Part shown: piece after piece, positions 23,422 through 32,829 of the stretch
Position numbering within the stretch: the stretch's first letter is position 1
Layout: each line of letters begins with the position of its first letter
NCBI GenBank assembly: GCA_963667845.2
Contig: CAXXVL010000002.1
Location: 1,600,001 to 1,664,000, forward strand
Direction of reading: 5' to 3'
Length of the DNA stretch: 64,000 nucleotides
Source: Smithellaceae bacterium
GTDB taxonomy: Bacteria > Desulfobacterota > Syntrophia > Syntrophales > Smithellaceae
The notes under the pieces: generated by a model
What the model saw: the letters and a program-made list of their open reading frames with translations, nothing else
Database searches by the model: none
Told to the model about the DNA's origin: nothing
Position numbers and translations under genes: made by a program

Positions 23422-24753
23422 ATGAAGAGATTTTGGGTTGTTTTGTTAACGCTGGGACCGATCACAGTTCTCAGCACAACGGTTTTCGCTCTGGATGTCA
23501 AATTCAGCGGCGAATACTACGCGTCAGGCATGTATCTGGACCGTGCCAGTTTAGTAAAGGACGCAGACCCGCTTAGCGGAACATCGACCGCCTTCTATTT
23601 CCAGAGATTGAGGGTCAGAACTGATTTTGTTGTTTCCCCCGGTTTAACTCTGGTGACTCGCTTTGATGCGATGGAGCGGGCCTGGGGCGCAGCCAGAAGC
23701 GCGCCCGGCACAACACAGGCCGCCGATTCAGCGGGCACACGCGCGGAAAATGAAAACATTGCTTTTGACTGGGCTTACATTGAGTATAAATCGCCGATTG
23801 GTATCTTCAGCGCCGGCTATATGAATGACGGCTCTACGGGAACTGTTTTCGGCGATAGTTATGGTCCGAAAGGCAGAATCAAGTATTCCTACACCTTCGC
23901 GCCGGTAACCATTAATCTGGCTTATACCAAAGAAAAAGAAGCCAGCAATACGGCCATCAATACAACAAACATAGTTGATGCGGATAATAATAAATATGGT
24001 GTGGAAGGTATTTTCACCTGGAAAACAGGCAGAGCAGGTATGCAGATCAACTATTATAACTTTGCCAATGCACGGACAGCTGCGCTGCCCTTTAATAGAA
24101 AATGTTTATTGTTCACGCCTTACGTGTTCGCCAAATTCGGCCCGGTGGCCCTGCAGGCGGAATTGAATTACCTGACGGGTGATGACAAATATGAAAACGG
24201 CGGTGTTACCCCGGACGTGAAGCTGCAGAATTACACCGGTTATGTGGATGCAACGGCTGATTTCGGCATGTTTTATGCCGGCGGCAGCGTGGCCTACGTC
24301 TCCGGTGATGATACGGCTACCACGGACAAGAATGAAGGCGGAATTATCAACGGCGGCCGGGATTGGAAACCCTGCCTGATCACGTGGAATTATGACCGCA
24401 CGAACTGGGCGGGCGGACTTTCCAGCTGGAATGGAACCAATCAGGACACGGCGATGGCCAATGGCTGGTTTGCTCAAGGCAGAGTGGGTGTGAGACCGGT
24501 TTCACAACTGGATATTATGGCATCGGTCTCTTGGGCACATGCCGACAAAACGCCGCAGGCGAAGTGGGAAAGCCGAGACTATGGTTATGAAGTGGATTTG
24601 ACCGCGACTTACAAAATTACCAAAAACCTGTCCTATATGCTGGGCGGCGGCTACCTGTTTACCGGTGACTGGTATAAAGGAATCAATGCCGCAGGCACCA
24701 ATCAAATTCAGAACGATTTTATGGTCATGAACAAGCTGACCCTGACGTTCTAA
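23422..24753 (+). CDS. Putative outer-membrane beta-barrel (porin-like) protein
   Basis: Signal peptide ending VFA, amphipathic aromatic-rich beta strands, C-terminal ...KLTLTF; AGGAGG RBS. Confidence 0.85.
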   Translation: MKRFWVVLLTLGPITVLSTTVFALDVKFSGEYYASGMYLDRASLVKDADPLSGTSTAFYFQRLRVRTDFVVSPGLTLVTRFDAMERAWGAARSAPGTTQAADSAGTRAENENIAFDWAYIEYKSPIGIFSAGYMNDGSTGTVFGDSYGPKGRIKYSYTFAPVTINLAYTKEKEASNTAINTTNIVDADNNKYGVEGIFTWKTGRAGMQINYYNFANARTAALPFNRKCLLFTPYVFAKFGPVALQAELNYLTGDDKYENGGVTPDVKLQNYTGYVDATADFGMFYAGGSVAYVSGDDTATTDKNEGGIINGGRDWKPCLITWNYDRTNWAGGLSSWNGTNQDTAMANGWFAQGRVGVRPVSQLDIMASVSWAHADKTPQAKWESRDYGYEVDLTATYKITKNLSYMLGGGYLFTGDWYKGINAAGTNQIQNDFMVMNKLTLTF

Positions 24754-25022
24754 AAAGTTGGCGCATCGAAGCAGCAGATGAAAAGACGGTGGCCGGGCGG
24801 GCAAAGAAGCCCGGCCGGCTGTTCCGAGCTTCAGTTTTGACAAATTCATTTTTCCCCTTTCCTGACCGATGAAACCGGGTATGTTGTCCTCCCGGCCTGC
24901 TTCCCGCCATTTCCGCGGCCGATATAGCTTGGCTGTATTTCAGTTTGATGAAGGTTGGCAAACGAGTTTGCTAAGATGCAAGATGCGAGGAAACTGCGGG
25001 CTTCGGTTCAATTCTAATTCAA

Positions 25023-25051
25023 TTGACATGATCGGCCGAATTTTTTATACT
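25023..25051 (+). promoter_or_regulatory. Near-consensus sigma70 promoter
   Basis: TTGACA-17 bp-TATACT. Confidence 0.75.
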
Positions 25052-25120
25052 CTCACCGCAAAGCATGTTTGTTTGCGAAACATTTAATCAAACCGCACAA
25101 TAAAAGACGGAGGTATGGTT

Positions 25121-25381
25121 ATGGCGGAAAAAAAGATCGGCGAAGTGGTTAAATTTTTTGCGAAGCCTTCAGTTGCCGCCGTTCACATTACGGAAGGCGA
25201 ATTGCAGGTCGGTGACAGCATTAAATTTTCGGGTCATACGACGGAATTTATCGATGTTGTGCAGTCCATGGAAGTGGACAACAAACCCGTGCAAAAAGCA
25301 GTTGCCGGCGATTCCATCGGTCTCAAGGTATCCGATCGTGTGCGCCCGGGTGACGAAGTGTTTAAGGTAGTGGCGGATTAG
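25121..25381 (+). CDS. Small translation-factor-like beta-barrel protein (EF-Tu domain II-like)
   Basis: GEL.VGDSI...V.SMEV...V.KA.AGDSIGL.V...VRPGD pattern; GGAGGT RBS. Confidence 0.8.
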   Translation: MAEKKIGEVVKFFAKPSVAAVHITEGELQVGDSIKFSGHTTEFIDVVQSMEVDNKPVQKAVAGDSIGLKVSDRVRPGDEVFKVVAD

Positions 25382-25413
25382 TTTCGATTGAACTTGAGTG
25401 TATTGTGAGCGGC

Positions 25414-25431
25414 AGTTAATGACACTGTAAT
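25414..25431 (+). promoter_or_regulatory. Pho-box-like repeat upstream of phoB (possible autoregulation)
   Basis: TTAAT (25416) and GTAAT (25427) 11 bp apart; ctgtaat resembles the CTGTCAT half-site; no clear -10. Confidence 0.45.
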
Positions 25432-25469
25432 GATAGTGCTCGTGAAATGACCTGGAATGGCTTCAGTGC

Positions 25470-26168
25470 ATGGCAAAAATATTAGTCGTGGATGATGAAA
25501 AGGATATTGCCGATCTGGTTGCCTACAATCTGGAGAAGGAAGGATTCGACACGATCAAGGCTTATGACGGCGGCGATGTTCTCAAAACCGTTAAAACGCA
25601 GAAGCCCGATCTCATTATTCTGGATCTCATGTTGCCCCGCATGAACGGTCTGGACCTGTGCAAGGCCGTTCGCGCCAATCCGGAAACCGCGCATCTGCCG
25701 ATTATTATGCTCACGGCAAAGGCCGACGAGGTAGATAAGATCATCGGACTGGAAATAGGCGCGGATGACTACATGACCAAGCCCTTCAGCGTTAAGGAGC
25801 TCATGGCCCGGGTGCGGTCTATTTTCCGCCGTATCCAGGAGAGGGACAAACAGTCGGTCCGGCAAACTTTCGAATTTGAGGGACTCACGATCAATTACAC
25901 GGCCTGCTCGGTCAATGTGGCCGGCCGGCCGGTCTCCTTGAGTCCCACAGAGCTTAAACTTCTTTTTTTCCTGTCGCGTCATCCCGGCCGGGTTTATTCC
26001 AGGGATCAGATTCTGGATCATGTCTGGGGCGACGACACCTTCATCACGGATCGCGCCGTCGATGTGCATATCCGCAGGCTGCGCAGCCAGATCGAAAGAG
26101 ATATGGAAAATCCTCGCTATATTCTAACCGTCCGGGGATTTGGCTATAAATTTGCTGAAATCAAATAA
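25470..26168 (+). CDS. phoB: OmpR-family response regulator, PhoB/PhoP type
   Basis: REC domain (VDDE, LDLMLP, KPF) plus winged helix (VDVHIRRLR, TVRGFGY); adjacent to the pst genes. Confidence 0.9.
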   Translation: MAKILVVDDEKDIADLVAYNLEKEGFDTIKAYDGGDVLKTVKTQKPDLIILDLMLPRMNGLDLCKAVRANPETAHLPIIMLTAKADEVDKIIGLEIGADDYMTKPFSVKELMARVRSIFRRIQERDKQSVRQTFEFEGLTINYTACSVNVAGRPVSLSPTELKLLFFLSRHPGRVYSRDQILDHVWGDDTFITDRAVDVHIRRLRSQIERDMENPRYILTVRGFGYKFAEIK

Positions 26169-26306
26169 CTTTCTAACTTTCCTAATCATTGTAATACGTC
26201 TTCAAACACACCGGCAGCTAAACAATCTTGCCTTTGAAATAATTCTTCCTATATTAAGTTTCAGTTTGCCGGTTCGGTAAACCCTTACGCATATTGTTTT
26301 CGTTGA

Positions 26307-26349
26307 TTCATCGATTCGTCATCACATTGTAACATTGGCAGGGTATAGT
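26307..26349 (+). promoter_or_regulatory. Pho box plus -10 element of pstS
   Basis: TTCAT/GTCAT/GTAAC at 26307/26318/26329 (11-bp period); TATAGT at 26344. Confidence 0.75.
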
Positions 26350-26378
26350 TCGTCCAAACTAAACTTGAGGAGGATCAT

Positions 26379-27224
26379 ATGTTTGATATTATTAAAAAAA
26401 CAGCATTAGGGCTTTTAGCCTTAATTTTCATGACCGGAGCGGCTGTTGCCGCCGAATCCATCGTGATCAAGGGATCGACCACGGTTCTGCCGATTGCCCA
26501 GGCCGTTTTGGAAGCGTACATGAAAAAGAATCCGGGTGTGCAGATTTCTTTGTCCGGCGGCGGCTCAGGCGAAGGCATCAAGGCGCTGCTGGATAAAACA
26601 GCCGATATCGCCGACTCGTCGCGCGAAATCAAAAAAGAAGAAATTACGCTGGCCCAAACACGTGGCGTAAAACCGGTTGCCCACGTCGTGGCCTATGATG
26701 CAATTATTCCCGTTGTTAATCCCAAAAATAAAGTGACTGATTTATCCATTGACCAGTTAAGCCAGATTTACCAGGGCAAGATTACAAACTGGAAAGAAGT
26801 GGGCGGCGAAGATCTGAAGATTGTGGTGATCTCCCGCGATTCATCATCCGGAACCTTTGAGACCTGGGATCATTTTGTGATGAAAAAGACAAAGGTGACT
26901 CCCCGTGCGCAGATGCTGGCATCGAACGGTGCCCTTTTAACCGCTGTTGCTAAAAATCGCTATGCGATCGCTTATCTGGGTATGGGTTACGTCAATAAAA
27001 CCATAAAGGGCGTGAAGGTCAACGGCAAAACCGCAACGATGGAGACGGCATTATCCAAGGAATATCCTTTGTCCCGCGAACTCTACATGTATACCAACGG
27101 CGAACCTGCAGGCGAAGTTGCCAAGTTCATCGCGTTTGTAAAATCAATCGACGGGCAGAAGATCGTGGCCAGAGAAGGCTTTGTTCCGCTGACGGATGTG
27201 AAAAAAACTGGCAGAAAGAAATAG
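26379..27224 (+). CDS. pstS: Phosphate ABC transporter substrate-binding protein
   Basis: Signal peptide; GSTTV, GGGSGEG, SRDSSSGT and YPLSR motifs. Confidence 0.96.
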   Translation: MFDIIKKTALGLLALIFMTGAAVAAESIVIKGSTTVLPIAQAVLEAYMKKNPGVQISLSGGGSGEGIKALLDKTADIADSSREIKKEEITLAQTRGVKPVAHVVAYDAIIPVVNPKNKVTDLSIDQLSQIYQGKITNWKEVGGEDLKIVVISRDSSSGTFETWDHFVMKKTKVTPRAQMLASNGALLTAVAKNRYAIAYLGMGYVNKTIKGVKVNGKTATMETALSKEYPLSRELYMYTNGEPAGEVAKFIAFVKSIDGQKIVAREGFVPLTDVKKTGRKK

Positions 27225-27229
27225 CATTC

Positions 27230-27329
27230 AATCAACCATTTCGCAGCAGGCTGTGAGGTATGAAATGAACGTCATTATTTCGCAGCAAGCGACAGGGAGT
27301 TGGCGCTCGTCCCACTTAAGCGGGATTAA
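27230..27329 (+). repeat. Intergenic repeat family A, copy 1 (with an internal 39-bp-period duplication)
   Basis: Matches the reverse complement of 38497-38557; atttcgcagca occurs at both 27238 and 27277. Confidence 0.75.
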
Positions 27330-27470
27330 AATGCAAAACAGATTTGCGGTGGCGTGAGAAGCGTTCATCCCACGGCGAATCTTTTTCTGAACGCGTTGAC
27401 GGATGGATTGTCCGCTGTCTCCGTGACATCCCGCTTGGGCCATACCGGCTGTAACAGAAAAGAAGTGAAC

Positions 27471-28358
27471 ATGAATCGTCAGACAAAAGAAATTATCATC
27501 AAATACGTCTTTTTTGTTTTTGCCCTGGTTTCGATCATTGTCCTCGGGCTCATCGTCTTTTCTCTTTTTCGGGAGGGTCTGCCGATATTCGGCAAGGTGT
27601 CGATTAAGGATTTTCTTTTCGGCATGGAGTGGTATCCTACCTTCGACCCGCCGTCTTTCGGAATTTTCCCGCTGATTGTCGGCTCACTGGTCGTCACGCT
27701 GCTGGCGACCGTTATTGCCGTGCCGCTCGGCGTGATGGCGGCCATCTACATTTCCGAGATTGCGCCGCGGGCAACCAAAGAGATTCTCAAATCCATTATC
27801 GAGCTTTTGGCCGGCCTGCCTTCCGTCGTCCTGGGGTTTTTCGGGATGGTGATCATCGCTCCCTGGCTGCAAGACACCTTCGACCTGCCCACGGGCTTGA
27901 ACATCATGAACGCCTCGCTGATTCTGGCCATCATGGCCATTCCGACGATATCAAGTATTGCCGAGGATGCGCTCTACGCCGTGCCCCGCGAATTCAAAGA
28001 GGCGTCTTACGCGCTCGGTGCGACCAAATTTGAAACCATTGCGCAGGTGATTTTACCTGCCGCGATGTCCGGCATTTCTACGGCGGTCATGCTGGGGATG
28101 GCCAGAGCCATTGGCGAAACGATGGTCGTTCTGATGGTTGCCGGAGGCGCGGCTGCGATTCCGGAGAGCCTGTTTGATTCGGTGCGTCCGATGCCGGCGA
28201 GCATTGCCGCGGAAATGGGTGAAGCGCCTTTCCGGAGCGCCCACTATCAGGCGCTTTTCGCCATCGGTATCGTTTTATTTTTTCTGACATTATTTTTCAA
28301 CCTCGTTGCCGACTATATCTCGCACAAGTTCCGGCAGGTTGGATCGGGGACGCTCTAG
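27471..28358 (+). CDS. pstC: Phosphate ABC transporter permease PstC
   Basis: ELLAGLPSVVLG, EASYALGAT and RAIGETM motifs. Confidence 0.96.
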   Translation: MNRQTKEIIIKYVFFVFALVSIIVLGLIVFSLFREGLPIFGKVSIKDFLFGMEWYPTFDPPSFGIFPLIVGSLVVTLLATVIAVPLGVMAAIYISEIAPRATKEILKSIIELLAGLPSVVLGFFGMVIIAPWLQDTFDLPTGLNIMNASLILAIMAIPTISSIAEDALYAVPREFKEASYALGATKFETIAQVILPAAMSGISTAVMLGMARAIGETMVVLMVAGGAAAIPESLFDSVRPMPASIAAEMGEAPFRSAHYQALFAIGIVLFFLTLFFNLVADYISHKFRQVGSGTL

Positions 28359-28369
28359 GCGGATGCTCT

Positions 28370-29248
28370 ATGAATTCATCTCATCATAATTCCGTTAAAT
28401 GGCGCTATCTGAAGCAGAACATTTTTTTTGGTCTGGTGCGGGCCTCAGCGCTGATCATCACATTAGCCCTCGGGGGAATCATTTTTTATATCGTCTATCA
28501 CGGCATCGGCTCCATCAGCTGGGATTTCATCACCAAACCACCCACGGACTCCATGACCAAGGGCGGCATTATGCCCGCCATTCTGGGGACGATTTATCTG
28601 ACCCTTGGAGCGATTGCGATCGGCCTGCCCCTGGGGATCGCATCGGCCGTTTATTTAACGGAGTATGCCAAACAGGGCAAGATCGTCCGGTTTCTGAAAG
28701 TCGGCATTAATTGTCTGGCCGGCGTTCCCTCCGTTGTCTTCGGACTCTTCGGATTGGGCTTCTTCGTCATTTTTTTGAAATTCGGATCGAGCATTCTCTC
28801 CGGGTCGCTGACTCTGGGATTTTTGATTTTGCCGACCATCATCGGTGCTTCGGAAGAGGCGCTCAAATCGGTTCCGCAGACTTTCCGGGAGGCGTCACTT
28901 TCCCTGGGCGTTTCCAAATGGCAGACGACATACCGGATCGTCTTGCCCAATGCCCTGCCGGGCATTCTGACCGGTTCCATCCTCGGAATCGGCCGTGCTG
29001 CAGGTGAAACGGCGCCGATCATGTTCACTGCCGCTGCGTACTTTACGGCCAAACTGCCCGAGTCGATTTTTGATGAAGTGATGGCCCTGCCTTATCATAT
29101 CTACGTGCTGGCGACGGCCGGTACGAATATTGAGGCAACGCGGCCGATCCAGTTTGGAACGGTGCTCGTATTGGTAGCAGTCGTCCTGGGCATCGATCTT
29201 GCGGCCATTGTGATTCGAAGCTACATGAGGAGAAATAAAAGGTGGTAG
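28370..29248 (+). CDS. pstA: Phosphate ABC transporter permease PstA
   Basis: [13 protein letters not shown] and GRAAGETAP motifs. Confidence 0.96.
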   Translation: MNSSHHNSVKWRYLKQNIFFGLVRASALIITLALGGIIFYIVYHGIGSISWDFITKPPTDSMTKGGIMPAILGTIYLTLGAIAIGLPLGIASAVYLTEYAKQGKIVRFLKVGINCLAGVPSVVFGLFGLGFFVIFLKFGSSILSGSLTLGFLILPTIIGASEEALKSVPQTFREASLSLGVSKWQTTYRIVLPNALPGILTGSILGIGRAAGETAPIMFTAAAYFTAKLPESIFDEVMALPYHIYVLATAGTNIEATRPIQFGTVLVLVAVVLGIDLAAIVIRSYMRRNKRW

Positions 29249-29250
29249 GA

Positions 29251-30009
29251 ATGGAAATGGATGCCATAATCAAGCTCAAAAACGTAAATTTCTATTACGG
29301 ACAATGCCGGGCGCTGACGGACATATCAATGACGTTCGGAAAAAATAAAGTGACGGCGCTCATCGGTCCTTCGGGATGCGGCAAATCCACGCTGCTCAGG
29401 CTTTTAAACCGCATGAATGATCTGATCGACGGGACGAGGGTCGAGGGGGAAATTCTTTTTGAAGAGGAAAATATTTATGCGCCGCATGTTGATCCGGTGG
29501 AAATCAGGCGCAAGATCGGAATGGTCTTTCAAAAGCCCAACCCCTTTCCGAAGACGATCTTCAACAATATCGCCTATGGTCCGAAGTTGAACGGCGTGAA
29601 ATCGAACGACCTGGATATGCTGGTGGAGCAGAGTCTGAAGCAGGCGGTATTATGGGAGGAAGTGAAAGATATCTTAAATAAATCCGCCATGAATCTTTCC
29701 GGCGGTCAGCAGCAGCGGCTTTGCATCGCGCGGGCGCTGGCCATGAAGCCGGACATCTTACTGATGGATGAACCGACCTCGGCCCTCGATCCGATTTCCA
29801 CCGCCAAGATTGAAGAACTCATTGAAGAGCTGAAAAGAGACTATACAATTATCATTGTTACGCATAATATGCAGCAGGCGGCGCGTATTTCTGATGAGAC
29901 CGCATTCTTTTATATCGGCAACCTGGTGGAGTATAATAAAACGGGAAAAATCTTTACCAAACCGGATATGAAGCAGACCGAGGATTACATCACGGGGAGA
30001 TTCGGCTGA
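29251..30009 (+). CDS. pstB: Phosphate ABC transporter ATPase
   Basis: [25 protein letters not shown] and [10 protein letters not shown] motifs. Confidence 0.98.
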   Translation: MEMDAIIKLKNVNFYYGQCRALTDISMTFGKNKVTALIGPSGCGKSTLLRLLNRMNDLIDGTRVEGEILFEEENIYAPHVDPVEIRRKIGMVFQKPNPFPKTIFNNIAYGPKLNGVKSNDLDMLVEQSLKQAVLWEEVKDILNKSAMNLSGGQQQRLCIARALAMKPDILLMDEPTSALDPISTAKIEELIEELKRDYTIIIVTHNMQQAARISDETAFFYIGNLVEYNKTGKIFTKPDMKQTEDYITGRFG

Positions 30010-30017
30010 GTGGACGA

Positions 30018-30313
30018 CTTTGGAAAATACCCCGGCACCCTAAAGGGTGCCTTTGGGCACGCGAGGCTTATACCCTTAAGGGCACGCGTCTGCTGCGTTG
30101 CGCTGCATTCTTCCCCGGCCTTCGCCGGGGCAGGCTACTTGCGGCGTATGTTAATATACGCCTCATTCCTCATGCTCCGGGAGTGTTACCCCGAGCCAAG
30201 GCGAGGGGGCACAATAAAAAGGGATATTGACGTTGCCGGTATGAGCCGCCAGGCGAATACAATAGAGTGCCTTGCATCTAAACCTCGCGTGCCTTTTAGG
30301 GTATTTTGCAAAG
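30018..30313. mobile_element. MITE/REP-like intergenic element, family B copy 1
   Basis: Terminal inverted repeats ctttggaaaataccc / gggtattttgcaaag (14/15), inner inverted repeat ggcacgcgagg / cctcgcgtgcc; core shared with 63630-63789. Confidence 0.75.
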
Positions 30314-30359
30314 CCCTCTCGGTTTAATAGGGAATGAGTTTTCAACTGGAGGAAATGAT

Positions 30360-31046
30360 ATGGAAGAAAAAAAGCACACCAGTTTGCACTACGAAAAGGA
30401 ATTGCAGGAAATCAAGAACGGCCTCATTTATCAGGGCGTCCTGACGGAAAAGGCTATTCAACTGGCGATGACGTCGCTGGCGGAAAGAAATTCGGATATC
30501 GCCAGAAAAGTCATCAAGGATGATGATGAAATCGACAAATTGGATACGGACCTTGAGGAGCGCTGCATCAAGATTCTGGCTCTGAGGCAGCCCACGGCAA
30601 TCGACTTGCGGTTTATCACCACGGCGATTAAAATTACCGGCCATCTGGAAAGAATCGGCGATATGGCGGTCAACATTGCCGAAAAGGTCCTGCTGCTGAA
30701 TCAGGAGCCGCAGCTTAAACCCTATATCGATTTGCCCCGCATGACCGACCTGGTCGGCTCGATGATCAAGGATTCCCTGGATAGCTTTATTGGCAACGAT
30801 CTCGCGATGGCGGAGAAAGTCCGCCGGACGGAACAGGCTGTGGACGATTTAAACGAACAGATATTTCGGGAGTTGTTGACCTTCATGATGGAGGATTCCA
30901 AATCCATTCACCGCGCCCTGCTGATCATGCAGATATCCAAGAATCTGGAGCGTATTGCTGATCATGCCAAGGGCATTGCGGATATGGTAACCTACATGGT
31001 GACAGGCGAATGTGTCCGCCATCAGACATGTTCTCCAAACGAGTGA
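30360..31046 (+). CDS. phoU: Phosphate signalling protein PhoU
   Basis: QPTAIDLR, LERIGDMA and LERIADHA motifs. Confidence 0.97.
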   Translation: MEEKKHTSLHYEKELQEIKNGLIYQGVLTEKAIQLAMTSLAERNSDIARKVIKDDDEIDKLDTDLEERCIKILALRQPTAIDLRFITTAIKITGHLERIGDMAVNIAEKVLLLNQEPQLKPYIDLPRMTDLVGSMIKDSLDSFIGNDLAMAEKVRRTEQAVDDLNEQIFRELLTFMMEDSKSIHRALLIMQISKNLERIADHAKGIADMVTYMVTGECVRHQTCSPNE

Positions 31047-31055
31047 GGGTGCGGC

Positions 31056-32801
31056 GTGAAACGCAATCTTTTTCTTAAGATATTCTTCTCCTATCTGGTC
31101 ATCATCTGTCTCGCTTTCTTGCTTTTGAATTTTTTTATCAAAAATGAAATTCAAAAACTAATGGCGGGAAAGATTGAAGAAGAACTGTTCAGCTTCGCGG
31201 AATTGATTGACCTCAGCTCCCCCAAGGCGATGTCCGACCAGTTGCGGCAAATTGCGGCCATCTCCGGCTCCCGGGTGACGCTGGTCGATGCTCAGGGCAG
31301 GGTATTTGCCGATTCGGAAAAAGATGTCGCCCAACTGGAGAATCATCTGAACCGTCCGGAGATACAGGAAGCGAGATTGCGCGGCAAAGGGAAGTCCATC
31401 CGCTTCAGTCAGTCCCTGCGCGTGGACATGCTTTATGTCGCCGTGACGATCAAAGCAAAAGACCGGATTATCGGTTATGTCAGGCTTGCCCGTCCTCTTC
31501 ATGAAATACGGAGTCTGATCGGGAAAGTTTATCAATCTATTTTTCTCGCCATCATGATCGTTTCCGCCCTATCCCTGCTGATAGCCCTTTTCATTTCTTA
31601 CCGTCTGTCTGAGCCCATCCGGATGATGGAAAGGTTTACCGAAAGACTTCGTCATGGCGAGCCTTCCGGGAATATCATATTGCATACTGCCGACGAAACG
31701 AAGAAACTGGCGGACAACATCAACTATCTGGTCGAGGAACTGCAAAATAAAATCCGGCTCGCGCAGGAAGAAAAGAGCAAACTGATGACGGCTCTGACCA
31801 GCATTAATGAGGGCGTCTTGATTCTGAACAATGACGAAAGAATTGAATTCATCAGTCCCGCGCTGGCGGATACGCTCTCCGGAGAGTATGGGGATGTCAC
31901 GGGCAAGACCCTGATGGAAGCGTTCCGTAATGTTGAATTGCAGAAGGCGTTTCAGACCTTCAAGCAAACGCGAAATCAGGTTTCGCGCGAAATCACGCTG
32001 GGCATCACCGAATCGGTTATCATGAAGGTCAGTCTTTCTCAGGTGCAGGGATTTCCCGGCGAAGAAAAGATCATGGTCGTCTTTCACAACATTACGCGCC
32101 TCAAAAAGTTGGAAACGATTCGCACGGATTTCGTCGCCAACGTCACGCACGAAATCCGCACGCCGCTTACAGCGATCATCGGTTATCTGGAAACGCTTCA
32201 GGCAGGAGCTCTCAAGAATACAGATGATGCCTCGCGCTTTATCGATATCATGCTAAAACAGGCACAGAGGCTCAATCGCCTGGTGGAAGATCTGATGACC
32301 CTGTCGAAGATCGAGTTGGGCGAAGTGCTTCTTCGTTTTGAGGACGTGTCGCTTCATGATGTCGCGGACAACGTCATTGCGCTTCTGGAAGCCAAAACGA
32401 CGGCAAAGAAAATTTTGATGGAAAACCGCCTTTCTCGGGATTTGCCGCCAGTCAAGGCGGATCGCGACCGGATTAACCAGATTTTCGTCAATGTTCTGGA
32501 TAATGCGGTGAAGTTTACACCGGAAACAGGTCAAATTACGCTCGAGGGAGCGGAAAAAGAAGGCTTCGTCGTAGTGCGAATTTCCGATACCGGTGTGGGC
32601 ATCCCGCGTGATGAAATTCAGCGTCTTGGTGAACGGTTCTACCGCGTGGACAAAACGCGGTCCAGAGAACTTGGCGGAACCGGTCTGGGGCTCTCCATCG
32701 TGAAGCACCTGATGCTGGTGCATGGCGGGAAGATGGAAATTGAAAGCCAGCTGGGTCAAGGCACTAAAGTATCATTATTTTTTCCGGTTCAAAAAGTATA
32801 G
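31056..32801 (+). CDS. phoR: Sensor histidine kinase PhoR
   Basis: Two TM helices, ENHLNRPE periplasmic motif, DFVANVTHEIRTPLT H-box, ERFYRVDK..SRELGGTGLGL. Confidence 0.93.
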   Translation: MKRNLFLKIFFSYLVIICLAFLLLNFFIKNEIQKLMAGKIEEELFSFAELIDLSSPKAMSDQLRQIAAISGSRVTLVDAQGRVFADSEKDVAQLENHLNRPEIQEARLRGKGKSIRFSQSLRVDMLYVAVTIKAKDRIIGYVRLARPLHEIRSLIGKVYQSIFLAIMIVSALSLLIALFISYRLSEPIRMMERFTERLRHGEPSGNIILHTADETKKLADNINYLVEELQNKIRLAQEEKSKLMTALTSINEGVLILNNDERIEFISPALADTLSGEYGDVTGKTLMEAFRNVELQKAFQTFKQTRNQVSREITLGITESVIMKVSLSQVQGFPGEEKIMVVFHNITRLKKLETIRTDFVANVTHEIRTPLTAIIGYLETLQAGALKNTDDASRFIDIMLKQAQRLNRLVEDLMTLSKIELGEVLLRFEDVSLHDVADNVIALLEAKTTAKKILMENRLSRDLPPVKADRDRINQIFVNVLDNAVKFTPETGQITLEGAEKEGFVVVRISDTGVGIPRDEIQRLGERFYRVDKTRSRELGGTGLGLSIVKHLMLVHGGKMEIESQLGQGTKVSLFFPVQKV

Positions 32802-32829
32802 TTACAGAATATTTCTTATGGAGGCGAAA

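Noticed and set aside
23230..25000. Short motifs near 23235-23260, 24760-24780 and 24950-24990 resembling family B ends
   Set aside because: They are too short and degenerate to call without a genome-wide model.
27238..27290. Direct repeat with a 39-bp period as a possible mini-CRISPR
   Set aside because: There are only two short units, no cas genes, and it is part of repeat family A.
30010..30327. 105-aa ORF between pstB and phoU
   Set aside because: It coincides with the inverted-repeat element and has no RBS or protein-like motifs.
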